Origin: the human T2T-CHM13v2.0 reference genome, Homo sapiens | DNA: 64,000 nt | Strand: one strand, 5' to 3' | NCBI RefSeq assembly: GCF_009914755.1 | Contig: NC_060948.1 | Shown: positions 23,096 through 35,790 of the stretch, piece after piece | Layout of the letters: each line of letters starts with the position of its first letter | Position numbering within the stretch: the first letter of the stretch is position 1 | Program-made: the position numbers and the translations under genes | Notes under the pieces: model-generated | What the model was told of the DNA's origin: nothing | The model's database searches: none | The model's input: the letters and a program-made list of their open reading frames with translations, nothing else

Positions 23096-25698
23096 TAAAA
23101 CTTGTGTATGTCTGAGAATGTGAGCACTCCAGCACCTAGCAGCTTCAGGCCAATGCTTAGTTCTATAATCCAATGAGCCTTGTGTACCTCAGCCCTTTGT
23201 CAACCCCTACATTTCCAAGAGAGACTTTTGCCAAAAGCAACTTGAAACATGTCTAATTCTGACTTTGGAGTGTCATTCTTTCTATCTCGATGAGTATCTT
23301 TTGTGAAAAGATCCTGTATACAAAGACAATTCTTGAGGTTATCACAGTGTGTCTGTAGGCTAATAAATATTTGTTCTGTTTGTAGGGTTAATCTCCACAG
23401 TAAATCATTCCCTGGGAAGCCAAGTTCTGTGGCTGGTCTTATATCGAGAGCCTCCTGATAAGGTCTAAGTCACCTGGGAACTCATGAGCAGCTAAATTGG
23501 CTTAGGTCAGGTGAGAAAATTTAAAACAAAATAAAGGAAAGGCTATGGATTTGATTATAATTAATTCAATAATTATAAATGAGTATGTTTTGTTCATTAT
23601 AGTCAGCAGTATGGACAAATCTTTTAAGCATTTAATTTTTCAATTGAGCATCTTAGAAATTCATTCTTTTCACTAATTCAGACTGAGCTTTTCCATCAGT
23701 TAGCGCTAATTATTAATATTATATTGTCATTAATTTGCTACACTTCAATCAGCCTAGGGTCAATTCTGAACATTGTAAATTAGCATGGACTTTTAACTCA
23801 TTACTGAAAAACACTCTTCTTTGTTGAGTGATAAATAGCCACAATGTGCACATTAATTGGGAAAAGCTACCATGAGATAAAAGGACGGGCATTAAATTTA
23901 TCATTTAATTAGAAAGCAATCTCTATTTTATTTTCTAGATTTAAACTTCTTGACTGCAGGGGCTAGATATACTTGCCTGGGTCTCTCCCAAAATGCCTGT
24001 TACAGGACTTTAATCAGTGATGAATATATTTAAATTGCACTCATCAAAAGCTTACGTAGTAATCGCTGAGAGAATTAGAGTGAAAAAATCGAGAAAATAG
24101 GCTATTTTTTTGTGGAGGTGGCAGATGAATGGGGAATTTTCGGTGCTAAAGAATAGAAATGAATAAGAAAGGTGTGTTCTGGGTCAACACTGGTTCCAGT
24201 CAACATAGGAATAAAGAAAAATTTGTGTTTTGCTCATTATGGAGCTTATATTTTAGTAACAAATATGTCCCTGAGATGTTTTGTCCAGTGTGACAATTTG
24301 AGGATTAGAAGAAGTCTGCATACACTTAGTGTCTTGCTGAATCATCCTTGCAGCCTCTAGATTTGATTTATGTCTAATGTTAAACTCCCTTTCTATGTTT
24401 GAGCAGCCAAGATAATTTAATTTTAATGTTTTCAAAAGAAATAGCTTTGATTCTGAGAGGTAAAGATAAATAAATAAGCAAAAGGATTTTAAAAAATATA
24501 CAAAGCATTGAAATCTCAATTATTAGATTTAATTTTATGTAATGAGAATATTAGATACTATATATTTAATTGTGTGAAATGAACATAGAAAGCCAAATTT
24601 GAAAGCAAATAAGCCAATAAATATTTAACATTCATGTCCAAAAATTCTTAAGTCATAGGTGATTGCATTTTCTGCTTTTGTGATCTTTTCAATATCTCTA
24701 TAGAGAGTTTACATTGTCAGAGAAAAAAATTATACAGCTTAAAATTATTTTAAAATGGTAAACACACAATTTAAATTACCAATTTCATTATATAAAGAAC
24801 TAATAGAACCTATGTTGTTTGCTGGGATTTTACATTTTCCACAGCTTTTCATGACACATATAAAACTTTGATATTGATCTGAATATCAGTCTTTAATTTG
24901 ATAAATACATGCTTTCTCTCAAATACCTGTGGTTTATGATTTTACCAATCAGCAGGGTAATATGGTGTTCTAGGAAATTGTTCATGACTTGGTTTTATGT
25001 TCACACAGAAAAAATGAAATTCAGATAATCACAGGTATGGAAAATAAACACTTTGCAAGTGCTTGGATGAGCTGAATTCAATTTAAACAGAAAACTAACA
25101 CTTTTCCTAAACACATATAGTTGGACATATTTAAATCATTATATACTAATTTGGATTGAATGGTGTCAGAAGTTCAAATTCAATGTGAAGATAATGGCAT
25201 ATTATAAGAATTCACTGTCTCTGTGGGTCTTTTAGCCCTTGGTTTTCTCTCCCAGAAGAAACTCGGGCAATAATCTGGGAAATCTTACCTTGTAAACACA
25301 CATCACACACATCCAAATAACTAGTCTTAAAGGAAAAAGGAATCTTGCACATATTACATGTTCTTCTTAAATGTTTGGTAAATAAATAGATGGGACAATC
25401 TTTTCAATAATAAACTTGACAGTTATTCAGATATCTAAGATATAGATATTTTGTTCATAGAGTGACTTGCTCTGAAATGTATCCTGTCATTTCTAGAGCC
25501 TGTCCTATCATTCTATCATTCTCTATCATTCTATCATTCTCTGGAGCCTGTCCAATGAAGAGAATAGGTAATTGATTCTCTCACTTCCTAACTGTGACAT
25601 TTCATCTCTCGAGCTCTATAATTCTGTTTCCCTATAAACAAGGTGGAGAAGGAGATGACTCAAAAAGAAGAATTTATGATCAAACACAGATGCTTTTA

Positions 25699-25777
25699 TT
25701 AGGTTAGTGCAAAAGTCATTGTGATTTTGCCACTGAAAGTAAATGCAAAAACTGCTGTGGCTTTTGCACGAGGTGAG
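25699..25777. mobile_element. MADE1 (Hsmar1 MITE)
   Basis: ttaggttagtgcaaaagtcattgtgattttgcca...gcaaaaactgctgtggcttttgcac, an ~80-bp imperfect palindrome. Confidence 0.85.
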
Positions 25778-26173
25778 GTATCTCGCTCAGGGATTATAAA
25801 GATGAGTATTGGCTCCTTTAGTTGTGTTCAGGATTCACTGTTTGTTTTCAAACCTACATATATAAATGAACTCTGTACTGAATCTGAGAGGTGGAGGCAC
25901 TATGCAACAAGACTTTACCGCCCCCTGGTTTTGTGTAGATCTCGCTAGAATATAAATGGCTTCAGGGCAAGAATTTCTCTCTGTTTTGTGTTCCTTTGTA
26001 TCCACAATGACAGAAGTGCTTGGAATACAGTTCAAGAAAAGTTTGCTGAACAGCAAATGGCCAATGGTTTCCAACGGAATTTTTTGCAATCATAGAAATC
26101 AGTGTTGCCCAATATGGTAGTCATGAACCACATATGGCTATTGAGTGATTTTATTGTGGCGGACATAAACAAG

Positions 26174-26548
26174 TGTATTAGTTCATTCCTACACTGGTAT
26201 GAAGAGATACCCAAGACTGGGTAATTTATAAATGAAAAAGACTGAATTGACTCAGTTGTGCAAGGCTGGAGGGGCATCAGGGAACTTACAATAATTGTAG
26301 AAGGGGAAGCAAATACGTCCTTCTTTACATGGCAGCAGCAAGGAGAAGAATGAGAGCGCAGTGAAGGGGAAGCCCCTTATAAAACCATAAGAGCTTGTGA
26401 GAACTTACTCACTACCATGAGAATAACAGGAGAAAAACCATCCCCCTGATTCAAATACATCCCACTGGGCCTTTCCCGTGACATGTGGGGATTATGGGAA
26501 CTACAATTCAAGATGAGATTTGGGCGGGGACACAGCCAAACCATATCA
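26174..26548 (-). mobile_element. THE1C/D-type solo LTR (MaLR) inserted in a MER3/MER33-like DNA transposon (~26097-26635)
   Basis: tgtattagt...ggggacacagccaaaccatatca with a perfect 5-bp TSD ACAAG. Confidence 0.92.
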
Positions 26549-27004
26549 ACAAGTAAGCAGTTTCAAATTTAATCGAAGAAAATTTCAATTTAAATGGCCC
26601 CAGGAAACTGTTGGTTACCTTTCTGGACAGCACAGGGTTCACATTTGCATTTGGAGTTTTCCATAGAGGAATGAAATACTAGTTTTATTTTTGGTAGCTC
26701 GTCTAGGTGCACTTCATTTTCTCTTACGAACTCACAAAATAACAAAGCTAGGAAAGGGATAGCTCCAAGTTTGCTTTAATATTCTCCATTTATGGGGTAT
26801 TTTTTATGTAGAAATTTTGATTAGTAGTTTCTTTTTGACTTATTTATATTGTCATTGTTAGAAAGACCTTCCCACTGCAAGATTATAAATTATCCCATCC
26901 TTTCTTCTAGTAGATTTAATACAAACATAGCTTCATTGTTTATATTCAAATCATTGATCTATTCAGAATTTATTTGTGAATACATTGTGGGACATGGATC
27001 TAGA

Positions 27005-27276
27005 TTTTTCTTTTTCTTTCATTTTTTTAAAGAGATGGGGTCTTGTTCTGTTGCTCAGGCTGGAGTGGAGTGGTGTGATCACATCTCACTGTAGCCTCAA
27101 ACTCCTGGGGTCAAGTGTTCCTCCCACATCAGCCTTCCAAGCAGCTATGTCCATGGGAATATGCCATCATGATCTGTTAATTATTATTATTTTTTTGTAG
27201 AGGTGAGATCTTGCATTGTTGCCCAGGTTGGTATTGAACTTCTGGCTTCAAATGATCCTGCCACCTAAGCGTCCTC
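27005..27276 (-). mobile_element. AluJ-like, within an old antisense L1M fragment (~26800-27600)
   Basis: Diverged antisense Alu. The flanks (cttcttctagtag.., gatctgttccattgg..) resemble old L1 ORF2. Confidence 0.8.
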
Positions 27277-28174
27277 AGATTTAAATTTTTCCATAGGCTA
27301 ATCAAGTGTCCCACTCTTTTCTTGAAACTGATGTTTTCCCACAGATTGCGATGTCAGCTATTCATGTCCAGAATTCATACATACATTTTACCTACCCTGG
27401 ACCCTTTGATCTGTTCCATTGGTTAGTCTCTGTCTATTTAGCAATGCCATGTTGTATTCATCATTGAGGATTTATAATATGCTACAAGAATATTTCAATG
27501 GCTTCTAACCATACTTTTCATTGTTTTTATTTTGCAAAGACTTTCTAGTTAATCTTCTTCGTTCATTTTTCCAATATGGGCTTCCAATTAGTGGTTGTTT
27601 ATTATATATGTGACCATCATTTGTTTTTATATATTATTTTATATGGAAAAAAAGGAATTCCAATGGCTGTTGCAAAAAGGAAGAGATGCATGTTAAAATA
27701 ATACCATTATTATATAAGCAAATTACAATTTCACTGAGATAATTTTTAAATTTATTACATGAGGAGGAGGAAGAGCTAGGCAAGAAAAGAGAAGATGTGG
27801 AAGAGGAGGAGGAAGGGGAAAATAATGAGTAAATATTGGCTATAGCCAAATTATAACCCAGAGTACCCTAGTCCCTTCTGGTGTCCATTCAGAGGGACAG
27901 CTTTCTCCATTTCTTCACCTGTGTCCTGCTTCCCAGTGCAAAATAAATGCCTGTGATTAGGTTCAAGTTGCATACTCTGAGTGTGTTTGCAAGAGCCTGA
28001 GTCTAGCTTCACAGCTGCAAACACTGCAGTCCCCCAAGAGGCAATTCCTGACAAGACCAAGTCACTTTGAGACCCCTTTTTCTGGCTGACTTCCCATACT
28101 CTGAATCACTTGTTGGTGCTCTCTCTCACTTTGATGGAGAAAGAGAATCCAGCCTATTTTATTTGGGAAGTTTG

Positions 28175-28625
28175 TTTCATTTGTGTCCATGTGAAGAGAC
28201 CACCAAACAGGCTTTGTGTGAGCAATAAAGCTTTTAATCACCTGGGTGCAGGCAGGCTCAGTCCAAAAAGAGAGTCCGTGAAGGGAGATAAGGGTGGGGC
28301 TGTTTTATAGGATTTTGGTAGATAAAGGAAAAATTACAGTCAAAGGGGATTTATTCTCTGGCAGACAGGAGTGAGGATCGTAAGGTGCTCAGTGGGGGAG
28401 ATTTTTGAGCCAGGATGAGCCAGGAAAAGGACTTCACAAGATAATGTCATCACTTAAGACAAGGACCGGCCATTTTCACTTCTTTTGTGGTGGAATGTCA
28501 TCCGTTAAGGCAGGGCAGGGCATTTTCACTTCTTTTGTGATTCTTCAGTTACTTCAGGCCACCTGGGCATATACATGCAAGTCACAGGGGATGCGATGGC
28601 TTGGCTTGGGCTCAGAGGCCTGACA
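28175..28625 (-). mobile_element. Solo LTR7 (HERV-H)
   Basis: The minus strand reads TGTCAGGCCTCTGAGCCCAAGCCAAGCCATCGCATCCCCTGTGAC...CCTATAAAA...GCTCACACAAAGCCTGTTTGGTGGTCTCTTCAC...TGAAA, with no internal sequence on either side. Confidence 0.96.
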
Positions 28626-28885
28626 GTTCCCATGCCTCTTAACAACTTCTCACTCTCGAGTTTACTGTGAGTCATTTTCCTGTTTGTCTCATCTCAGCCA
28701 GTGGACAGAGCTCACAAGAGCAGCTAAAGCAAGGGAAATAGTGAGAGAACACACTGGCAGGAAAGAGACAATTTGGGAATATTTCACCATAGCAGGGAAG
28801 CTAAGACTTGGGAAAAAACAGGTTGATGAATACAAGGAAGACCTGACTTTGCCCCCACCAAGGGTTTTCAGAAAAACAAATAGTA

Positions 28886-28925
28886 ATTAATAATAATAAT
28901 AATAATAATAACAATAATAATAATA
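28886..28925. repeat. (TAA)n microsatellite
   Basis: taataataat... with one interruption. Confidence 0.9.
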
Positions 28926-29251
28926 GCAGATAAGATAAAATTGTGTGGGAAACATCATTCTGATACCCTCAACATCTTTCTGTGGGTGACTGAGACTTTT
29001 ATTTGAGAGAGAAAGGACACTAAAACATCACATTCCCAAGCCATGGGAGCAGGCTTATTCTAGGCCTGCTGTTCAATATGGTGGCCAGTCAACTAGGTGG
29101 TCACTGAATTCTTCAAATGGGTCAAGTCTAAATATAGATAGATTACAAATACCACATATGCACCTTATTGCAAAATATATTAATAGTCAAAATATTTCCT
29201 AGATATTTTAAAATATTGATTACCTATGCTGAAATAGTAATATTTTAGATA

Positions 29252-29683
29252 TAAAATTGAGTCTCAAACAACATAGGGTTTAAGAGGGCCCACCCCTGTG
29301 CCATTGAAAATATGCATGTAACTCTGGACTCACTCAGAAATTAACAACTAATTGCCTACTATTAGGCTTATCAATAACATAAATGGTAGATTAACACATA
29401 TATGGTATGTTGTATGTATTATATACTGTATTCCTACAGTAAAGTAAGCTAGAGTAAAGAAAATGTTGTTAAGAAAATCATAAGGAATTGAAAATATATT
29501 TGCTATTAAGTGGAAGTGGATCACTGTAAAGGTCTTTATCCTCCTGGTCTCCACGTTGAGTAGGCTGAGGAGGAGGAAGAGGAGGGGCTGGCCTTGCTGT
29601 CTCAAGGGTAGCAGAGAAAGAATAACCTCTATATGTAAGTGAACCCACACAATTCAGACCTGTGTTGTTCAAGGGACAATTCT
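29252..29683 (-). mobile_element. Tigger2a (MER28)-like DNA transposon nested in a MER33-like element (~29065-29812)
   Basis: The minus strand reads ...CCCTTGAACAACACAGGTCTGAATTG...CCCCTCCTCTTCCTCCTCCTCAGCCTACTCAACGTG...GATCCACTTCCACTTAAT. Confidence 0.85.
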
Positions 29684-29838
29684 ACTGAGTTAAGGAAAAT
29701 ATGTTATTCAAGTCAATTTCACCTATCCCATCTATGTTGTTTTAATGCATGCTACTAGAAAATTCAAAATGACACATGTGATTTGCACATATTTTTATTG
29801 GATTAAGCTATTGTAAATTGTCCACATCAATAAACTTA

Positions 29839-30118
29839 GGCTGGGTGCAGTGGCTCACACCTATAATCTCCGCAGTTTGGGAGGCTGAGGCACGAGAATC
29901 GCATGAGCCCAGGATTTGGGGACCAGCCTGGACAACACGGTGGAACCTCATCTGCACAAATATATCTAAAAAAAATTAGTCAGCCTTGGGGGTGTGCACC
30001 TGTAGCCCCACCTACTTGAGAGGCTGAGGTGGGAGGATTCCTTGAGCCCAGGTATTCGAGGCCTCAGTGAGTTATGGACAACAGAGTTAGACCCTATCTT
30101 TTAAAAAGAAAAAAAAAA
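29839..30118 (+). mobile_element. AluJ-like with right-arm deletion
   Basis: ggctgggtgcagtggctcacacct...gaggctgaggtgggaggattccttgagcccagg followed by an A-tail. Confidence 0.9.
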
Positions 30119-30774
30119 TTAATACAAGAGCAAAGACATGGAAAGAGCTGAGCTCTCTCTTTAGCTAAGTTTCTGTGGACTTTGCCTAGGCAGGTGACAT
30201 GTGCCTCACATGTTGCAGGACATGGCTTGCATCTCCTTGGGCCTTCATTAACCCATCCCTAACTCTATCCCTTAAGCATTGCCTATCCATCTCTTATCTC
30301 CTTCTTAACCCCCTTTCTGTGTTTTCTCATAATGTAAACATTGTCCTGTATTCATTAGATGTAAACCTTCTTACAAAATCACTTGCAGTTTTTTTTTTTC
30401 CCTTTCCATACAAAACAGTCCCCTTTCTCCTTGATATTGTGTCTGGGACATGCTTTCGTCCACTACAGCATTGTTCCATCTTAGAGTGGCAGAAGGGATA
30501 TTCCAACATCACTCCTCCCTTCTCTATTCAGAAGACTTAATCTCAACACAAACTCTCCCCTCTCCAAAAACATATTCCTTAGAAAGACCTCTGGCCATGG
30601 AGAGAACTACAGGACCATAGAAGTGAGGAAACATTGCCAGCTTGTTTCCTTTATTATGGTTGGTCCCAGTTCAACAAGGTCTTCTTTCCCCAAATAAAAT
30701 TATGCCTGAAACACAGAAGCCGCTTATTTAATACTTTGGTAGACTTGTCATGGCACTATGTCAATAAGACTTAA

Positions 30775-30788
30775 ATATATGTGTGTGC

Positions 30789-30830
<42 letters not shown>

Positions 30831-30900
30831 GTGTGTATATAAGTATATATATGTTTATATATGTTTTTATATATGTTTATATATGTTTTATATATAAATT
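30775..30900. repeat. (TG)n(TA)n compound microsatellite
   Basis: Long pure TA run at ~30793-30826 followed by tatatatgtt units. Confidence 0.95.
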
Positions 30901-30910
30901 ACCCTTTTCA

Positions 30911-31268
30911 AAACCATTGTTTTAAAGCACTTCTAACTTTACTAGATCTACTATATATACTTATATTATTAAATGTCCATTGTTATAAAATTAATAATAT
31001 AAATATCTAATATAAATATATATTTATAAATACATAATAAATATATTCATATATTTATTATTTATGTCAATAATATAATAATATATTATATAATATATGA
31101 TATATTATAATATAGTATTATATAATTATATAATATATGATATATTATAATACAGTATTATATAATTATATAATATATGATTTATTATAATATACAAATA
31201 TATATAATTAAATTTATATTATATATATTAGATCCAGTAAATTTAGAAGTGGTTCAAAACAGTGGTTT
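30911..31268. repeat. 49-bp inverted repeat enclosing an AT-rich core with a 40-bp tandem repeat
   Basis: 30911-30959 is the reverse complement of 31220-31268 at 43/49 positions. The 40-bp unit occurs ~2.7 times at 31085-31194. Confidence 0.9.
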
Positions 31269-31518
31269 ACAACATTTCCCCTTTCTTCCCTTCCATTTAA
31301 ACTTCTACCTTGCCAGGTCAGACCTTGCATAAATGCATGTCTTTTAAAAGAGTACCTTCAAAGACATTTTATTTTGCACACTTCATCAATGACAGTGTTT
31401 TAATCGGTTGAAACACAGGTCATAATTTAAGTTTCCCATCTAGAAAATGCCTTTTGGCATAGAAAGTTATCTTGAGATATTGGTTGCTAAACACCATTTT
31501 TTAAAACATAATTAACTT

Positions 31519-31824
31519 GCCCAGATGTGGTGGCTCACACCTGTAATCCTAGCACTTTGGGAGGACAAGGTGGGTGGGTTGCCTGAGGTCAGGAGTTTGA
31601 GATGAGCCTGTTCAATGTGGTGAAACCCAATCTCTACTTAAAATACAAAAAATTTGCTGAGCATGGTGGCAGGCCCCTGTAATCCTAGCTCAGTAGCTGA
31701 GGCAAAAGAATCCCTTGAACCCAGAAGGGGGAGGTTGCAGTGAGCTGAGATCGTGCCACTTTCCTCCAGCATGGGCAACAGAATGAGACTCTGTCTCCCA
31801 AAAACAAAAAATGAAAAAACAAAC
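31519..31824 (+). mobile_element. AluS-like
   Basis: Dimer with a perfect 15-bp TSD aaacataattaactt (31504-31518, 31825-31839). Confidence 0.95.
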
Positions 31825-32345
31825 AAACATAATTAACTTAAACAAATGTCTGAGCCGGGAGAAAGAGGCCACTTGCAAAGGATGTCAGAAGGGTATCAGA
31901 CTGCAGATTCTAAAACTTTGTAAATCACAGCAGTTGATACTATCAACCAAAGTTTGTCTCCTCCTTGCCAAGGAAAGATGAAAAGGACATAGTATGTCTT
32001 ACTTTAGGATTCCCTCTGGGGTAGGCTGAATAATGGCCCCCAAAGGTCTCCATGTTCTAATGTCCAGAATCTGCAAATATGTGGCCTTGTGTGGCAAAAT
32101 AGATTTTGCAGATGTGGTTAGGTTAAGGATATTGAGATGGGGAGATTGTCCTGGATTATGCAGGTGGGTTGTTATAAAAGGGATGCAGTGGGGTCAGATA
32201 CAGAAAAAAAGATGAGACAACAACAATGACAACAGATGCTAGGTGACACAGGACCATGAGCTAGGGGATGTGAACACCTTCTAGAAGCTAGAGAAGGCAA
32301 AGAGCTGACTGCTTCCTAGAGCCTCCATAAGAAATCAGCCTGCTG

Positions 32346-33329
32346 GTGGAAAAGCAAATTAGTTCAGCCAGCAGTTTAGAGATTTCTTTAAGAACTTACA
32401 TCAGAACTACCATTCGACCCAGCAAACCAATTACCAGGTATAGACCCAAAGGAAAATAAATCATTCTACCAAAAAGACACAAGCATTTGCATGTTCAGCA
32501 CAGCAGTATTCACAATAGCAAAGACATGCAATCAACCTATGTGCCCATCAATGGTGAACTGCACAAAGAAAATGTGGTACATATACACCATGAAGTACTA
32601 GGCAGCCATATAAAAGTAACAAAATTATGTCCTTTACAGCAACATGGATGCAGTTGAAGACAATTATGCTAAGTGAACTAATTCAGAAACAGAAAAACAA
32701 ATACCATGTTGATATGGTTTGGCTGTGTCTCCAACCAAATCACATGCTGAATTGTAGCTCTCATAATCCACACATATAATGGGAGAGACCTGGTGGGAGG
32801 TAAATTGATCATGGGGGTGGGTTTTTTCTTATGCTATTCTCATGACAGTGAATAAGGTTTACGAGATCTGATGGCTTTATAAAGGCCAGAACCCCTGCAC
32901 ACTCTCTTGCCTGCCACCATGTGAGACATGCCTTTGCTCCTTCTTTACCTTCCACCATAATTGTGAGGCCTCCCAGTAATGTAGAACTGCGAGTCCATGA
33001 AACCACTTTTTCTTTATAAATTACTCAGTCTCAGGTATTTCTTTATAGCAGTATGAAAATGAACAAATGCAAATTTTCTCATTTATAAGTGGGACCTAAA
33101 CAACAGATACACATGGACATAAAGATTGGGACAATAGACACTGGGATTTTGAAAGGTAGGAGGAACAGGAGGCAAGTGTTGAAAAACTTCCTGTTGGGTA
33201 CAATATTCACTAACTGAGCAAGGGGATCATTAGAAGGCCAAACCTCAGCATCATACAATATATCCTAGTTACAAACCTGCACATGTGTTCTCTAAATCCA
33301 AAATAAAATTGGAAAAGAAAAAGAAAAAG
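32346..33329 (+). mobile_element. L1 3' fragment (L1PA16/L1PB-like)
   Basis: cagaactaccattcgacccagcaa...aaacctcagcatcatacaatata...aaaataaaa. Confidence 0.85.
32710..33071 (+). mobile_element. THE1C-like solo LTR nested in the L1 fragment
   Basis: tgatatggtttggctgtgtc...tgtgaggcctcccag...tttatagcagtatgaaaatgaacaaatgca. Confidence 0.9.
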
Positions 33330-34664
33330 AAATCAGTCATGCCAACATCTTGATTTTAGGACTTCTGACCTCCAATTATATAAGGGAATAAGTTTATCTC
33401 ACCTTTAGTCACTATGTATGTAATAATTTTTATAGCAGCAAAAGAAAACTAATATACCTTCCCACATCCAGAACATTTGTTAACTCTTCATTTTCTCTCA
33501 TCTAATAGACTATCACCTTTTCTTATTTTTCCTTTCTGTAAGGATGGTAGGCTGAACCTAGCTTGTACTGGCTCATGAAAGTCAGCGGAGGTCATCTCCT
33601 CCCATCTCCATATTCAGTAACAATATTTTGCAGCCTAGAATCAGACATGATAGGAGTATCTTCACCATGGAAATTCAAAAATGCTATAAATTATCACCTC
33701 ATGACACTCCTTCTTGAGACTTCAATTTTATTTAAAATTCACCAGTCATTCCCACTTTCTTGGATAATGGGTTTGGAAAAAGTCATGAAATTTTGTCTTG
33801 GAGTCCTTGACCTAGGTTCAGTGATTTTCATCAAAATGTAGATATATCTGGTTGAATATTGACTTAGTATAAAACCTAAAATGTACCTAATAATAACAGA
33901 CATGTGTAAAGTATTTTAAATCATTGACATAAGCTAGAATTAGAGTAATCTTAGGGAGTGTTTATGGATAGAATATATGTGAAGAAAAGAATACAAAGCA
34001 GACCTTAAGAAATAAGGCAGACTTGGTTGTAGATTAATTGACAGTTTAAATGTGCAGAAAGATACCGAATACAGGGAATATAACTGTTATTAAGCAATTT
34101 GGAAAGAAGAATTAGTAGTAGATGATACCACATCTTTCCATTTCAGTGTAAGCCTTCTATATGCATTAAATATAGGCATGACACATACAAACAATATACT
34201 ACCTTGTTAATATAATTCAAAATAACTGATTTTGCTTGCATGAAAAAGAAATGGCCCTACTTATACAAATCTATGCAATGATACTGACATTCGAGACTCC
34301 AGGAAAACTGGGTCATTAAAGGATACTTTTGAACCAAATCTGATTAGTGGTACATAAATTTTTTTGCCTTGAAGGCTTCCCTTGGGTGTGTTCTTGAATA
34401 CCTCTTCTCTCTTTTTTGTAGTGATTGATATATCCTCTTTGGAACTTGGTATGTCATTACACTTTTCCATCTTTCCAATTTTACACATTGGCAGTGAGGA
34501 TTTCTGCTGTTTGTGTCATCAGCAGCATCTCAATCTTTTTGTATTTCCAAGCAAGGCTATTTTTACTTTCAGTCTTATTTTTAATCACTCTTGCTTTGGT
34601 CAGAAACATAGGCAATAGAGGGCAAGTAAATACTCAGTGACTGCCTGTTTAGAGGAGTTGGGGG

Positions 34665-34805
34665 TAGAGCTTTGATGTGCAATGTTTGTTGACTCTTGTG
34701 TAAATACTCCAACTGGGACTGATTTCAAGTGATCACCATAATGTCATTGAGTGCAGAGTTAGGAGGAGATGCACCCAGTTGAATGTTTGGGAGCCAGTTC
34801 CCCTA
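34665..34805 (-). mobile_element. MER63-like hAT fragment
   Basis: gtgtaaatactcc...tgatttcaag...gtcattgagtgcagagttaggaggagatgcac. Confidence 0.65.
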
Positions 34806-34889
34806 AGATTTAGTGTTGAATGTAAAGCAACTCTGGGCACCATTGACCAAAGTCAAACCACATAGACAAAGCCTGTTCATAAAGCCAAC

Positions 34890-35790
34890 TAAAACCACTC
34901 AACAACAACAAATAAAAAAATTACTCCATGAAAAAGTGGGCAAAAGGCATGAGTAGACACTTTTCAAAAGAAGACATACAAATGCCAGTGAGTCTATGAA
35001 AAATCCTCATCATCTCAAATTATCAGGGACCACAGTCATTACTACTGTGGTCCAAGTCAAAACAACAATGAGATATCATTTTTGCCAGTCAGAATGGCTA
35101 TAATTAAAAAATCAGAAAACAGCAGATGTTGATGAGGATGTGGTGAAAAGGAAATGTTTATACACTGTTAGTAGGAATGCAAATTAGTAAAACCTCAGTG
35201 GAAAACTGTGGAGATTTCTCAGTGAACTAAAAACAGAACTACCATTGATTTATCAATGCCACTACTGGAGGCCTATCCAAAGGAAAAGAAATTATTATAT
35301 AAAAAAATCATACCTGAACTTGTGTATTCATATACAGCACTATTCACAATAGCAAAGCTATAAAATTAACACAGTTTCCCATCAATGGTGTACTGGGTAA
35401 AGAAAATGTGGTCTAAATACACTGTGGAATATTACACAGCCATAAAAAAGAATAAAATCAGTCTTTTGCAGCAACATAGATACAATGGAGGCCATTATCT
35501 TAAGTAAACTAACTCAGAAAGGAAAATTAAATACTGTATATTGTCACTCACAATTGGGAGCTAAATAATGTACACATGGACAAAAAGAGTGGAATAATAG
35601 ACTTTGTTGGCTTATGAAGGTATTAGGGGATGAGAAATTACTTAATTGACATAAAGTACTCGATTCAGTTGATGGCTACACTAAAAGCCCAGACTTCATT
35701 ACTGTGCATTGTATCTATGTAAGAGAACTGCACATGTACCCTCTAAATATGTACTTTTAAAAAAGGAATAAAACAGTCTTAAAAAAAGAG
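34890..35790 (+). mobile_element. L1 3' fragment (L1PB/L1MA-like)
   Basis: aaaaagtgggcaaaaggcatgagtagacacttttcaaaagaagacataca...gatggctacactaaaagcccagacttca. Confidence 0.88.

Larger units (their letters stand above)
32017..33457 (+). mobile_element. MLT1C/D LTR (32017-32345 and 33330-33457) interrupted by an L1 3' fragment
   Basis: ggtaggctgaataatggcccccaaag...ttttgcagatgtg...; resumes gccaacatcttgattttaggacttctgacctcca...gaaaactaatatac. aagaaatcag is duplicated around the L1. Confidence 0.82.

Noticed and set aside
1040-28630. Inversion mediated by the two oppositely oriented LTR7s
   Set aside because: The solo LTR flanks (gtttg/gttcc) fit a decayed TSD, show no swap with the first LTR's flank, and the two LTRs differ at many positions.
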